From positions 1-47,746 of the IMG/VR virus record IMGVR_UViG_3300048444_000079: 47,746 nucleotides of DNA, one strand, 5' to 3'. A program made the translations under genes and the position numbers. Of the stretch, positions 29,601 through 39,279 are shown one piece after another. The notes under the pieces are model-generated. The model had not been told where the DNA came from. It ran no database searches and saw only the letters and a program-made list of their open reading frames with translations. The stretch comes from a virus. Taxonomy: Duplodnaviria > Caudoviricetes. The stretch's first letter is position 1, and each line of letters opens with the position of its first letter.

Positions 29601-32600
29601 CTGAATGACTTAGATGCGATGATGCGCGAAGGTGTAGAGCTTGCGCTCGACGTGGCGGACGTATCTGCACGCATGAAGGACGCGTTCAAAAACAACACAA
29701 TGACTGTGTATGATTTGCACATCCTGAACCGCAGTTTGTTCGATCTACCTTTTGATGCGCGTCAAAACTTTGGAAGCAATGCAAAAGTAAGAAACAAAGA
29801 CCTTTCGTTTGCTCACCGCACGGCAGTCATGAAGAATGCTCTTGCAGTTCAGGACATATTCGCTCCTGACGGTATTCGCTTTAACGGCACAAATCTTGAA
29901 GACAGTATCCGCCTTGTAAAAGATGTTACTTGGAACAGTGCGCCAGCAAACGCAAAAGCAAACTTTGAAAAGCTTTTGCGTGCGGTTATACCAGACGATG
30001 GCAATGCGCCAAAGTTCGTGCCAACCACAAACACTAATGCTTTTGTGGCATCAACAGGCAAGTTCCATAGAGGACAGTCAAATGCCATAATGTTGAACGT
30101 CAACTTTGCAAATGAGAGCATTACTGGCGAAACAGGATTTAATCCAGAATTTGTATTGGCACACGAGATGGGCCACTGGATGTGGGTCAACGCCTTAGAC
30201 ACGCAAACCAAGTTGGACTTCTTAAAAAGTTTCGAGAAGTTTTATGACGAGAACGGCGTTCTTTACAAAGATGCCGCCTTAGACATAATAGAAAAGTCTC
30301 CAGCGGTTGTTGACCCCAAGACTGGCGAAGTCATGATGGGCGCATCAAATTTTGCTGAAAACTTTAACGAGTATTTTGCGAACCAGTTTGCCTTATTCAT
30401 TACGCAAAAGTACGACATGCTATCTGTGCCAGACCAAAGCATTTGGGAAAAGGTCACAGCTTTGGTTAAGTACTTTGTGCAAAAGATACAGGGCAAAGAG
30501 ATTATCGACCAAGACTTTGTCCCGCTTTTCCAAAAGCTAATTATCGACGATGTTCAAGCAGATCGCGTAAGCGTGATGAACCCAGTGGAGCCAACAACAA
30601 ACAAAGGCAAAGCAATACGCATACGCTTCACTGAAATGAGCAATTCATTCTATGAAGCACGTGCGGCATACGAGGAAAAAGACCTAGATAGAGCCGCCGA
30701 ACGGCTGTCTGACTTCGCTAAAGAACTTCGCGGTATGTCTACCACGAAGAAAGAAGCTGCAATCATCGCTCGTAAGAATGACGAGCCGCTACGTCCATAC
30801 TCTGGTGCATTTGCGGTGGTCGGACGTCATCACACAAAGATGAAAAAAGTTGCGCAGATTATCGAAAGCGTGACGCGTAAGTTCAAGATGGACGTCAAAA
30901 CCAAGGACGGAGAGGACTTCGACGGAATTGGCTTTGGTCCAGAAGTATACGATGGCATCGCTGAAATCTTTGAGAAAGAGCAACTAGACGAGTTCATTAA
31001 AGAAGTTCAGGCCACAATGAACAGAGCCTACGAAGACGTAGAGGGTGGAGACATCCCAGAGTTCAAGGCTACATCTACAGAGATTGCGCGTCGCGAAGCA
31101 CTTCCTAACGGCGTCGAAACTATCAAACGCGCACAACGTTTCAAGCGCGTCAAAGGTAGAGCAAACGCAGCAAAGCGTAAGCGGGCTGCTACAGGTCGTA
31201 ACATTAAGAACAACCAGAAAGTAAAAGACGCAACAGCCGCACCAGACATCAAAGACGCACCAAAGGTACGCATAAACGAGCTTGATATTAACGCTTCAAT
31301 CGAGGCGTACGAGCGCAGCTTGAACAATGGTGCTGAAACAAAGCAGTCTAAGAAGCTTCGCAGCCACATCATTAGCCTTATCCGTTCCATGCCTAATGCA
31401 ACACCTGTTGCTGACAAGAACATTACGAACGAAGTAAAGGCGATGCGTACGCCAGAGCTTATTCAGAATTATACGAAGGCTATCACAATGACGCGTAATG
31501 CGCCTGATACGCTTTCCAACGAAACGCCTGTGTACGAGTTTGCAGCAGACATTGCGCGTGCAATCGAGTGGGAGCTACAGCGTCGTGGTGAAAAGAACGT
31601 TGTCACCAACAACTTAGTCTTTAAGGCAATCGAGACAGAAAAGATGATGGACGCAGAAATTGGGGAAGACCCAAGCATTCCTTCATCTCTGCCATACACA
31701 GCCAGAAACGCACTGCGTGCTATCACACACCGTACCAGCGAACTACAGTCAACTGCACGTAAGATTGCATCAAGACTTATGTACATTGGTGCAGAGATTT
31801 CACCCAAAGTTACTTCTGAAAGTTTCAAAAACCTACGGAATGACGTACGCAAAATTGCGGGAGAAGTCACAAAGTCTGACGACATCATGAACTCTCTGGA
31901 GACTGTCGGTAGATATGTTTACAATTCGAACATTCTACCAGCAGCACAAAAAGAGACGCTTCGTCGCGCTACTGGTGCCGTAGGCTATGACCCGTCTGAA
32001 GTTCTTGCCCGCTTGGTGGCAGAAGACGCAGGCGTAAAAGCATCCAAAAAGACTGCTGCCATTCTTGATACAGTGGATGAAGACTTTGCAAAAGAACACA
32101 TGTTCGACGTTCTAAATGACGTACGCACGTCTATGCGTGAAGGTGTTGCATATGTACTCAATGGTCTTATTGCAAAGCCAAACGCTCGTAGAAACTTTGC
32201 GCCTTTGATGACGTACGGAAACATGATGTCAGAGACATCCAGTTTCGACCCAACATCACCAAAGAACAAGTTTATTGACGACGTCCCAGCAGAGTTCGCA
32301 GAGGACTTTGCGGCTGACTACATACAGCAAGCGTCACCTAATACTATCCGCGCGATGCAAGACTTTGTAAAAGATGGCAACATTGTTCCGTATTACGTTG
32401 ACGTAAGCAGTGTAGGTCCATTGCGTTCTGGAATAAGAGTGGACGCTACACCTCTTAACAAAATATCCAGAATGCCTATGAACGACGTAAGCGATGAAGT
32501 ACGTGACGTGCTTGATGAACTTCGTACTGTTCGTTCGAACATCAACACACTTCGCGCAAGACAAGGCTCTCGCGACAGCATTCAGCAATTATACTACGAA

Positions 32601-35600
32601 GAGGAAGCACTTCGTTTGGAGCTTGCTGAAATGGGTGTTCCTGACAAATACATGTCCACACCTGTTCTTATCCGAGACACAAAGCCTGCTAACTTCAAGC
32701 GTGATATGATCCCATCTGATGGCATTGTTAAGGTTTTATCTCGCGCCATACGCGAAGCAGACGACATAACTGTAGGGATGTCACGATCTGCTGCGATCCT
32801 TGACGGTATGCGTGGGTCGTACAAGCCGTCTGAAATGCTAAATCTTTTACAAGATGCAGCAGGTGGTGAGCAAAAACTTACCTCGATAATGCGCGACATT
32901 GGCTTCACAAGCATCAACATCAATGGGCAGAAAACAATGCTCAATGACACCGATGTGCGTGACTTGCGAGCAGCATTGTTTGACGAGCCAGAAATGGCAT
33001 TTAACGAAAACATGCCTAGCGATACAGTTCCGCACGTTGTTGACGCAATGGAGATTGCAAACGACAACGGAGATCAGGCATTCGAGGATGCACTTTCTGC
33101 ACTTGAAATTGCAGGTATGCCGAAGAAGACAACAGACATACTTGCAAAAGTTAAGCGTAAAAAAGAAATCACGCCGAATGAGGGTAGAGAGCTTCGTCGA
33201 GTAGCCAAGTTCGGCCTTGTACGCAACAACGCGCAGCGTTTGGCTCGCGCTGGTATGCGCTCGATAGCAGAGTTCTTCGAACCAAGCGACGCTGGCGCAG
33301 GCCACTTCGAGCGTTACGCTTTGCGTACTGGTCAGTTCCTTGGCCCGCTACAGCGTATGCTTATAAATCTACCTGACAGCGGAAACGGCATGAAACGCTG
33401 GCTACAAAACGGTCTTGGCGAAATGTTGTACGCGTACAATATCGGAGAGAGTGTAGGCTCCATGCTACGCATTCCGCCTCCCACACGCAAAATGCCTATC
33501 GGTAGCCACTTGAGAGTTCTCGGTGCGCTTCGTAACGAAGGCCGTGTTTCAGAACTTACATCTCAAGAGCGCGAGATTTACGAGTACATGCGCACCTACT
33601 TCAAAGAGGCCCGTGATAGATTGGTTTCTGCTGGATACGACGTAGGTAATATACGCAAAAACTATGTGCCACAGGTTTGGCGTCGCGACCTAATCGAAGC
33701 AGACCGTGAGGGTTTTGTGGACATTTTGTCCAAGTACTTCACAGCAGAACATGCAGAGCGAGGTGCCGTACTAAAACCACAACAAGCACGCCTTAAAGCT
33801 GAAGGTGTGGCTGACCGCCTTGTTCACGAAGACGGTGTGTGGGTTGGAGATGCTCACGCATTCAACAGAAGTGGTGAGCGTGGTGTTGACCATGTCGACT
33901 ACCAGCGTTTAATTCGTCTTGATGAAAGCTGGGCTGCACAGTTCACAAACATGCGTGACCCATCAAACGACCTAACTAAGTTCCTAGAGAACGACCTTAT
34001 GGTTATTGGTGCTAAGTACGCAGACAGTGTAGAACAACGTATCGACATTGCTGATAGATTTGGCGTAGGTGGTTTTGGTTACTTCGACTATCTATCTGTA
34101 ATGAACGGCGGCACAGACGCCATCGCAAGATTGTTGCGTTCGAACAAGGTTTTGCGCAAGGATTACAAACTATTCATCGACCCATCCAACACACAAGATG
34201 AAGTCGCTGGCGAAGGCGCACATGCGATCTTCCAATCAACTGTATTCATGGCTCCCATCCAAAAGGGTGGACCAGAGGGGCAGATGGTTGCAGAGAACAA
34301 AGCAAGAGAGCTTGCCCAAAAAGCGCACGATGGTGCATCAGTAGATGAAATCTACGAGGACATCATGTCCATGGTGGAGCCAGATAGCTTGAGTTCTGGT
34401 GCTGACCAGATGCGCAAGAACTTCTCATTCCGCGCGCGTGCGATTGCAGAAGCGTTGACTGACACTAACGGCCTAGACAAAGACTACATGCCTCAGTCTC
34501 ATATGGTTGAGGAAGCGGACAACCTATTCAAAGCCGTTGCTCGTAAGCCTGTCTATAATGCAAGCTTCGAGAAGCATCTTGAGAAGCCATCTTCATGGTT
34601 GCGCTCTTTCAACAGTGTGACACTTTTGCCATTCGTGACACTGTCTTCATTGGGCGATATTGTCTTGCCGCTTATTAGAAGTGGCAGCTTGCGTTCATCT
34701 ACAGAGGCGTACCGCAAGTGGATGGTCGATCCAGATGTAGGTCCAGCATATCGCGAAATGATCCGCAACGTCGGCGCATCTACACAGAACATCGTACAAG
34801 AGCGTATGTCTCGTGCGTTCGGAATGGACACAACACGCTTCTCTGCTGGCTTCTTTACAGCAATCGGCCTGACTGACTGGACAAACACAATGCGTGATAT
34901 ATCGGCAGCGGTATCTTACGAGTGGTTCAAGTCACAGCAAGAGATTGCAGTACGCAAGCCAAACACAAAAGCTGGACGCCAAGCCCGTCGTGTTCTTGAC
35001 GAGTACGGTCTAGGCGATTTGTACAATCAACCAGGAATGAACATCGAACGTATCTTGCGCAGCGGCTCTTCTGCTGACGTAGATCAGATGTACTACCAAG
35101 TTGCAGGTGCAATGCACAGGTTTGCAAACGAGACAATCTTTACGCCAAACCCACTAGACATTCCAATGTGGGCGCAATCACCAATCGGGCAAATGATATT
35201 CCAGTTGAAGTCCTTCCCATTGATGATGACGCGTATGGGTTACACCGTTTACAAAGAAGCAAAAGACCACAAGAACTTCATGCCTCTAATGTACTTCGCT
35301 GGCGCACCAGTTGTCGGTGCTGGCGTCGTCGGGGCAAAGGACGTAGTTCAGGGTCGTGGTGGTGAAGAGAACAGAGAGTTCGCAGTACGCGATAGACGCC
35401 TTGAGTTCTTGAAGGATTACGGCATCAGCGACGACGAAGGTGTAGCACTGGCACTTGGTTGGTATCGTGACGGTCTAATGCAAATGGGTGGTCTTGGCTT
35501 GATCGGATCGCTTATGTACGACACTGCATCACAACTAGATAATGGTGCGTACGGTGCGCAGCGTATCACCGAAATGCTTCTTGGCCCATCACTTGGCGTA

Positions 35601-35789
35601 CTTCATGACGCACAAACAATTCTTGCTGGCGGCATACAAGCAGGTGAGAATGCCATCATGGGTGAGGGGTCAAACGGCAAGCCACGCGCAGCAGTACGCG
35701 AGATTGTTAGCCGTGTACCACTTATCGGGCAGACAAGTGGTGTACGCGAGACGATTGTTGATACGCTCGCGGGGGAAGCTAAACGCTAG
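26655..35789 (+). CDS. Giant internal virion / polyvalent protein with zincin metallopeptidase motif
   Basis: About 3,044 aa; GGAG RBS favours ATG 26655. HEMGH (30162-30176) plus downstream NEYFA. C-terminal region resembles T7 gp16-like ejection protein ends (QLKSFP). Confidence 0.75.
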   Translation: MADNARSILSGSFRNQQDNNTPDYLSKSGYELLSDQDAIAEVRDYYAANGVYFNNTSEMWDKFYTDKRWSDVNSLSMGLDAVEFATGGDSGREKLSRLSKLWAQAPSRGGVLDKVIDYGVAGVADPINLIGVGAGGAAVKAGQAARLAGKTLEQAAKEATKAGVRKAAAGEAAIGAGTGLAFDAAQQGMEIAQGVSEDFDVARLAGAGIIDAGVSGLAAGLLVKGGSMLGIGEVAKGVGSLGDWDNTRLGSMLVQEQGYITREREAISASLSGVTDQNEIDTGQAALADLTIDEQNIAAVQQYVNNMDLELDDLAKRFQDETANGNASAASQVKQQFDALAQKRARVLSMEPDELFASGDVQLQQRADTQPADSTQGTAPQEQTGQTTSQGEPNQEPESTQDSTQDSTQVASDTADDSGNSETDLEPNGNAPQNVSEETIEWDWVNDEQKARVGEQLGLDGDELDAEIQRRVNDGSLKVTKGGKLYRDTYAKLTKSAKAADEVSEPEVEAEADQQVDEALPEQPNAQEEDVADAAQSTDGNTAAFDEAVRKYEKIMDMSKGSSEFLDNMDAIIRGMLEEGQIDGQVFRYLKQLLGMHADADSRGINVANADEVVKMRREFLEREQTLPDIKGETKTIEGRTSGGAKVTVDASTDDATAKRSAGSTAKAQDALEKGVKTAGTTEVVTFDKKTGERIVTSVPQSFLRRGFEIGDGYTVINAKDRFPKQRLTLDILRELAKKEGTKARNVYAYRAVGGETVIGKKGVNKRAGKAAKGETVFYSPRLDKVYATEEMAMKAMGLKVGSKTAKTTVSKAEPEPMTSTEAVEARDGAFEKFKKTGSLEDLEKDIETVDAATGQTAQKAEKTVKQGGEVKRDDIPDIPRERDNGKIFAMIPREVGKKGTWFRKISPKQTDPRQVIARANLDDYYLGYVSPNMTAKDRKKLLADFEPFGEGNDPYENPLEKDVEVIKYPLSEQEARDMRIELNDLDAMMREGVELALDVADVSARMKDAFKNNTMTVYDLHILNRSLFDLPFDARQNFGSNAKVRNKDLSFAHRTAVMKNALAVQDIFAPDGIRFNGTNLEDSIRLVKDVTWNSAPANAKANFEKLLRAVIPDDGNAPKFVPTTNTNAFVASTGKFHRGQSNAIMLNVNFANESITGETGFNPEFVLAHEMGHWMWVNALDTQTKLDFLKSFEKFYDENGVLYKDAALDIIEKSPAVVDPKTGEVMMGASNFAENFNEYFANQFALFITQKYDMLSVPDQSIWEKVTALVKYFVQKIQGKEIIDQDFVPLFQKLIIDDVQADRVSVMNPVEPTTNKGKAIRIRFTEMSNSFYEARAAYEEKDLDRAAERLSDFAKELRGMSTTKKEAAIIARKNDEPLRPYSGAFAVVGRHHTKMKKVAQIIESVTRKFKMDVKTKDGEDFDGIGFGPEVYDGIAEIFEKEQLDEFIKEVQATMNRAYEDVEGGDIPEFKATSTEIARREALPNGVETIKRAQRFKRVKGRANAAKRKRAATGRNIKNNQKVKDATAAPDIKDAPKVRINELDINASIEAYERSLNNGAETKQSKKLRSHIISLIRSMPNATPVADKNITNEVKAMRTPELIQNYTKAITMTRNAPDTLSNETPVYEFAADIARAIEWELQRRGEKNVVTNNLVFKAIETEKMMDAEIGEDPSIPSSLPYTARNALRAITHRTSELQSTARKIASRLMYIGAEISPKVTSESFKNLRNDVRKIAGEVTKSDDIMNSLETVGRYVYNSNILPAAQKETLRRATGAVGYDPSEVLARLVAEDAGVKASKKTAAILDTVDEDFAKEHMFDVLNDVRTSMREGVAYVLNGLIAKPNARRNFAPLMTYGNMMSETSSFDPTSPKNKFIDDVPAEFAEDFAADYIQQASPNTIRAMQDFVKDGNIVPYYVDVSSVGPLRSGIRVDATPLNKISRMPMNDVSDEVRDVLDELRTVRSNINTLRARQGSRDSIQQLYYEEEALRLELAEMGVPDKYMSTPVLIRDTKPANFKRDMIPSDGIVKVLSRAIREADDITVGMSRSAAILDGMRGSYKPSEMLNLLQDAAGGEQKLTSIMRDIGFTSININGQKTMLNDTDVRDLRAALFDEPEMAFNENMPSDTVPHVVDAMEIANDNGDQAFEDALSALEIAGMPKKTTDILAKVKRKKEITPNEGRELRRVAKFGLVRNNAQRLARAGMRSIAEFFEPSDAGAGHFERYALRTGQFLGPLQRMLINLPDSGNGMKRWLQNGLGEMLYAYNIGESVGSMLRIPPPTRKMPIGSHLRVLGALRNEGRVSELTSQEREIYEYMRTYFKEARDRLVSAGYDVGNIRKNYVPQVWRRDLIEADREGFVDILSKYFTAEHAERGAVLKPQQARLKAEGVADRLVHEDGVWVGDAHAFNRSGERGVDHVDYQRLIRLDESWAAQFTNMRDPSNDLTKFLENDLMVIGAKYADSVEQRIDIADRFGVGGFGYFDYLSVMNGGTDAIARLLRSNKVLRKDYKLFIDPSNTQDEVAGEGAHAIFQSTVFMAPIQKGGPEGQMVAENKARELAQKAHDGASVDEIYEDIMSMVEPDSLSSGADQMRKNFSFRARAIAEALTDTNGLDKDYMPQSHMVEEADNLFKAVARKPVYNASFEKHLEKPSSWLRSFNSVTLLPFVTLSSLGDIVLPLIRSGSLRSSTEAYRKWMVDPDVGPAYREMIRNVGASTQNIVQERMSRAFGMDTTRFSAGFFTAIGLTDWTNTMRDISAAVSYEWFKSQQEIAVRKPNTKAGRQARRVLDEYGLGDLYNQPGMNIERILRSGSSADVDQMYYQVAGAMHRFANETIFTPNPLDIPMWAQSPIGQMIFQLKSFPLMMTRMGYTVYKEAKDHKNFMPLMYFAGAPVVGAGVVGAKDVVQGRGGEENREFAVRDRRLEFLKDYGISDDEGVALALGWYRDGLMQMGGLGLIGSLMYDTASQLDNGAYGAQRITEMLLGPSLGVLHDAQTILAGGIQAGENAIMGEGSNGKPRAAVREIVSRVPLIGQTSGVRETIVDTLAGEAKR

Positions 35790-35965
35790 TCAAAAGGTCG
35801 AGGGTCGATTTCTTCAATCGGCACCTCGGTCATCTTTGCTTGCTTCTGCTTCAAATAAAAAACCGCGCGAGATAAGATCGCTCTTGTCTCTGCGGTCTTC
35901 GACTGCTTCATCGCCTTGAATAAAAGGTCGATACTTACGTCAACTTCGTTTCTCTCTGGCGTCAT
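35786..35965 (-). CDS. Hypothetical protein (MTPERNEVDVSIDLL...)
   Basis: GGAG RBS before ATG 35965; last gene of the - strand operon. Confidence 0.6.
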   Translation of the reverse strand: MTPERNEVDVSIDLLFKAMKQSKTAETRAILSRAVFYLKQKQAKMTEVPIEEIDPRPFD

Positions 35966-36260
35966 GTTCTTGCTCCATTTCTGTAGCTTCCCACCCCGCA
36001 CCGATATAACCAGCTATGTCTACCCAGCTATCGAACTTTAATGGGCTTGTTGTCATGCGCGATAACTTTACAGCTATCATCACCATACTAACGTGGTGGC
36101 ACTGTATTTTCGTCCCATCCTTTAGAATGGGTCGCAACATCACAGTTAGCATCTCTGCTATGTCACGAAAGTTCTCGTAAGGCTCTCCGTAATCTTGGTT
36201 ACGATCCGCATTTATAAGGCGCATGGCCTCTTCCAGAGGTACGTCTCGTATCTTACCCAT
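35940..36260 (-). CDS. DUF6378-like phage protein
   Basis: R..DYG.P.ENF..IA...M..VKLSR...DSWVDIAGY motif. Confidence 0.8.
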   Translation of the reverse strand: MGKIRDVPLEEAMRLINADRNQDYGEPYENFRDIAEMLTVMLRPILKDGTKIQCHHVSMVMIAVKLSRMTTSPLKFDSWVDIAGYIGAGWEATEMEQEHDAREKRS

Positions 36261-36504
36261 TTACGGTAAACCTCGCGTACCCCATTTCGATAGCGTCAAC
36301 TTCTAGTTCGGCAGCACGGCACTTCATGTCTACAAGACGCTCACGCTCGTGGCGTAATTTTGTACGCGCTCTGTGCGCATCATCTCCAGACTTGTCGTCC
36401 AACGCTTCAAGTCTTTCAGCAACACTTTCGATCTCTGCTTCTTTTTTTATTATACTGGTACGCACTTCTTTCAATGCTGCCAGCGTGTCTTTAGAAACTG
36501 TCAT
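36253..36504 (-). CDS. Hypothetical coiled-coil protein
   Basis: Coupled within the operon. Confidence 0.7.
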   Translation of the reverse strand: MTVSKDTLAALKEVRTSIIKKEAEIESVAERLEALDDKSGDDAHRARTKLRHERERLVDMKCRAAELEVDAIEMGYARFTVNG

Positions 36505-36506
36505 CT

Positions 36507-37337
36507 CTAAACCTTTGGCTCTGGTCGGAATTGTTCGTATTTATCACAAGCAATGCTGACCTCTTTGTTGGTTAGCTTGCACGTCCAACCACCGTTCTTG
36601 TTTGCGAAAGAGTGTTTGCAGAAGTGACAGGCAGGGCTAACGTTTGCCTCTTGGCTCCAACAGCTTTCCCTTTTGAAACACGACTTGCATCGCCAATCAT
36701 TAGGTTCAGAAGCTACGCGCCCCGCCTGTCCATCGAGTGCCGCTTGTATCTTAACGTACATTTGGTCCCATTCCTCTTGGTCAAAAGGAACAAGTTCAGC
36801 GTGATATTCACTTGTATTTTTGTTGTACGATATGAAAAAAGCTTGCTCGATACCGAACATCGCCATCATCATCGTCATCTGTCGATAATATTTGCGATGC
36901 GAACTTTTAACACCATTCCTTTGGAAGTTCTTGAAGTTGTTGTCGTTCATAGACTTGACCTCAAGAATTGCTTGTCCAGTACCGTCTTCGAAATCAACGA
37001 TACCATCGGCGTTGCAAACGACGTGACCGTTCAACCATTCACGCCTGTGTTGGCGTCCAGTCATGTCGTCTTTTTCCCACACCCGAAGGTCGGCTCGCTT
37101 CCTTAAATCGTAGACAACCCAATCTTCTATCTTATGACCAGCAAAGAAAATTCTCTGCAACTGCGGGTCAACGGACGTGTCTGGGTAACCACGCAAAGAT
37201 AATGCGAGTTGCGCTATACAATCGGTGCCAGCCATGCTCGCACCGATGTACTGTCTTGCGTCTCCCCGATCTGCTTTGGCGTAGCCTTTGTCTATTGCCT
37301 CAAGGACATTGGCGACCTTCGGATGAACTGGGTGCAT
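36507..37337 (-). CDS. Cas4/AddB-like PD-(D/E)XK exonuclease
   Basis: GHxIE, ADG, LEVKS, YRQ motifs; Fe-S staple cysteines (N-terminal C and CKSC..ESC) plus an extra Cys cluster. Confidence 0.82.
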   Translation of the reverse strand: MHPVHPKVANVLEAIDKGYAKADRGDARQYIGASMAGTDCIAQLALSLRGYPDTSVDPQLQRIFFAGHKIEDWVVYDLRKRADLRVWEKDDMTGRQHRREWLNGHVVCNADGIVDFEDGTGQAILEVKSMNDNNFKNFQRNGVKSSHRKYYRQMTMMMAMFGIEQAFFISYNKNTSEYHAELVPFDQEEWDQMYVKIQAALDGQAGRVASEPNDWRCKSCFKRESCWSQEANVSPACHFCKHSFANKNGGWTCKLTNKEVSIACDKYEQFRPEPKV

Positions 37338-37338
37338 T

Positions 37339-37770
37339 TTAGAATGGGATCTCGTCGTCGATTTTTGCGCCTTCATCCTTCACTTCTAGCTTGAAGTGAT
37401 AGTTGACCTTCTTACGCACGTTACCATTGTACTCGTCGTTAATAATGTTGATGCCCACCTTTTTGCCACGTAAGTACGAGACATCATCAGGTGTACTTTC
37501 GCCATCATGACCCAATGCAAGCAGCAACTTCTTGACTTGTAGCAAGCCAATCTCGGTAGCCTTCTCGCTCGTCGGGTGGTTCAGATAAATCCACTGGCGA
37601 ATTGCACCGTCGCTGTTTTCGTAATTCAAAACCAACTGGTGCGTACCTTTGTCAGCATTAGCTTCAACCTTTGCGTCCTTAATAACAACCTCGTGCTTGC
37701 CGACATCTAACATAGTTTGGCGGTCATCTTTGAGGGTTGATAGGTCAATGTTTCCAAAACCATTAAACAT
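37339..37770 (-). CDS. Single-stranded DNA-binding protein (DUF669-like)
   Basis: DDEIPF C-terminal tail; lies between Sak4-like ATPase and nuclease. Confidence 0.8.
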   Translation of the reverse strand: MFNGFGNIDLSTLKDDRQTMLDVGKHEVVIKDAKVEANADKGTHQLVLNYENSDGAIRQWIYLNHPTSEKATEIGLLQVKKLLLALGHDGESTPDDVSYLRGKKVGINIINDEYNGNVRKKVNYHFKLEVKDEGAKIDDEIPF

Positions 37771-38548
37771 CGTCTTTTGGTCCTTTCGATAAATAATCGT
37801 TGTACTCTTGTTCTGTCATGTAAATACGCTCCAAGAGGTGGGTTACGTCGTCTGTATTCTCAATCGCTGAAAGACGACGGTGGGGATCACGAGACTTGCC
37901 ATGCCATCCATGAACTTGCTCGGTGATTATGTAACGGCGTACGTCCATCTTGCCGTTGTTGTCTGTTGTCTTGCGTACTAAGCAGAACACGTGATCGTAC
38001 AAAGCAGGTACAAGTTTCTGTACCTTTTTTTGTACAAGCATGGGCCAGAAGTTAACGACGCCATTGTCGTCACTTTCCTCTGCTGCAAGCGCGGTAATTA
38101 GTACGTGCATCGGTAGGTCACGTACCCACTTCAATGCTGCTGTGATCTTACGTTCGTAAAGACCCCACTTCTCAAAGCCGTTGTTCGAACCTGACAGTTC
38201 AGCTTCTACGTCAGCAAAGCAACGCTGTGAAAGTTCTGTTGCACTGTCTATGCAAATCCACTTGTAACCTTCTGCCTTGAAGTCTTCGGAACTAACGTAC
38301 CCGACAATGTCTTTGAATGAGTAGCCGTTCTTTGCGGGGCGATCAAAAGTTGTGAATGGTAGGTAGTCGATCTCTCTATCTGCGATAGAAGACAGGCCAC
38401 TTTCACCACTAATCACAAGCCCTTTTCCGTACCGATCATGGTAGTTGGCTGCTTGTGTTGTCTTACCTGCTCCATGGTGTGCGTACACCAGAACCTTTGA
38501 CGAACCCTTCACGGATACGTCGTTTGTTTTTAACGGTTGTATTTTCAT
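37763..38548 (-). CDS. Sak4-like AAA_24 ATPase / recombinase
   Basis: Walker A (AHHGAGKT), ESGL, Walker B ICIDSATE, YDHV, GKSR. Confidence 0.82.
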   Translation of the reverse strand: MKIQPLKTNDVSVKGSSKVLVYAHHGAGKTTQAANYHDRYGKGLVISGESGLSSIADREIDYLPFTTFDRPAKNGYSFKDIVGYVSSEDFKAEGYKWICIDSATELSQRCFADVEAELSGSNNGFEKWGLYERKITAALKWVRDLPMHVLITALAAEESDDNGVVNFWPMLVQKKVQKLVPALYDHVFCLVRKTTDNNGKMDVRRYIITEQVHGWHGKSRDPHRRLSAIENTDDVTHLLERIYMTEQEYNDYLSKGPKDDV

Positions 38549-38967
38549 TATGATACCTTGATTGTTGCTGCTCCGCATTCGATGGTCAAAGCTTCAGCTA
38601 AGACGTTGCGCACTTCTTCTGGTGCGGCCTCGAACTTTTTACGGTCTACTGTGAAGCTTGTGTTTACGCAGTCTGGTGTTAATTCGTTATCGTAAATGTC
38701 TTTGAGACGCTTCTTATCCCAAGACCACTTCTCTGGAATGCGAACCACCATTGTGCGTCCGTCTTCTAGTGCAAGTGTGTGTTCGGCAGGTTCCTCTGGA
38801 AGTTCAGCCAAGATACTCTCCTTTAGATAAGCAAGCGTATCTTTGAGGTGTTGAAGTTTAGCTTCTGCCTCGACATACTTCGAGCCTAAGTCCTTCAACC
38901 TGTCCTCTTTTAAACGAACTTCTGGGGGGAGTTTTATATAGCTGTCGCCAAATATAATGTCTTCCAT
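38548..38967 (-). CDS. Hypothetical recombination-module protein
   Basis: AAGGA RBS; N-terminal coiled coil and WDKK.L motif; first gene of the leftward operon. Confidence 0.7.
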   Translation of the reverse strand: MEDIIFGDSYIKLPPEVRLKEDRLKDLGSKYVEAEAKLQHLKDTLAYLKESILAELPEEPAEHTLALEDGRTMVVRIPEKWSWDKKRLKDIYDNELTPDCVNTSFTVDRKKFEAAPEEVRNVLAEALTIECGAATIKVS

Positions 38968-38992
38968 GATAGTTGATCCTTGACGTTTGAGG

Positions 38993-39036
38993 GTTGTCTA
39001 TTAGTTGTCTTTAGCGTATAAGCAACAGCATTGCAA
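38993..39036. promoter_or_regulatory. Overlapping opposed promoters with a GTTGT-N6-GTTGT operator
   Basis: + strand TTGTCT(38994)-N17-TATAAG; - strand TTGCAA(39036)-N17-TAAAGA; direct repeat at 38993-39008. Confidence 0.55.
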
Positions 39037-39048
39037 GAGGAAAAACAC

Positions 39049-39279
39049 ATGACCTTTGACATCGAAAGTTTAATAAACGACTTGGGAGGCGCAAGGGAGG
39101 TGTCACGTCGTCTAAATACAGGACGTTCCGTACCATATGGTTGGGCAAGGCGTGGCAGTGTGTCTTCTGCTTACCTATCACGTATCAAAGAAGCATTCCC
39201 TTGGGTTAGCTTCGATCAATATTTCATGGGAGAAAACAGTGAGCGAGTATCTGAATACAGCATTGGAGATGCTAGATGA
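39049..39279 (+). CDS. Cro-like HTH protein
   Basis: LINDLGG...VSRRL......YGW.RRG.V pattern; GAGG RBS; first gene of the rightward operon. Confidence 0.75.
   Translation: MTFDIESLINDLGGAREVSRRLNTGRSVPYGWARRGSVSSAYLSRIKEAFPWVSFDQYFMGENSERVSEYSIGDAR

Noticed and set aside
30905-30935. DFDG in the giant protein as a virion RNA polymerase DxDGD motif
   Set aside because: The sequence is EDFDGIG, lacking the third Asp, and no other RNAP motifs are recognisable
36507-37337. Cas4 as evidence of a CRISPR system
   Set aside because: No repeat-spacer array or other cas genes; the Sak4/SSB/nuclease context indicates phage recombination
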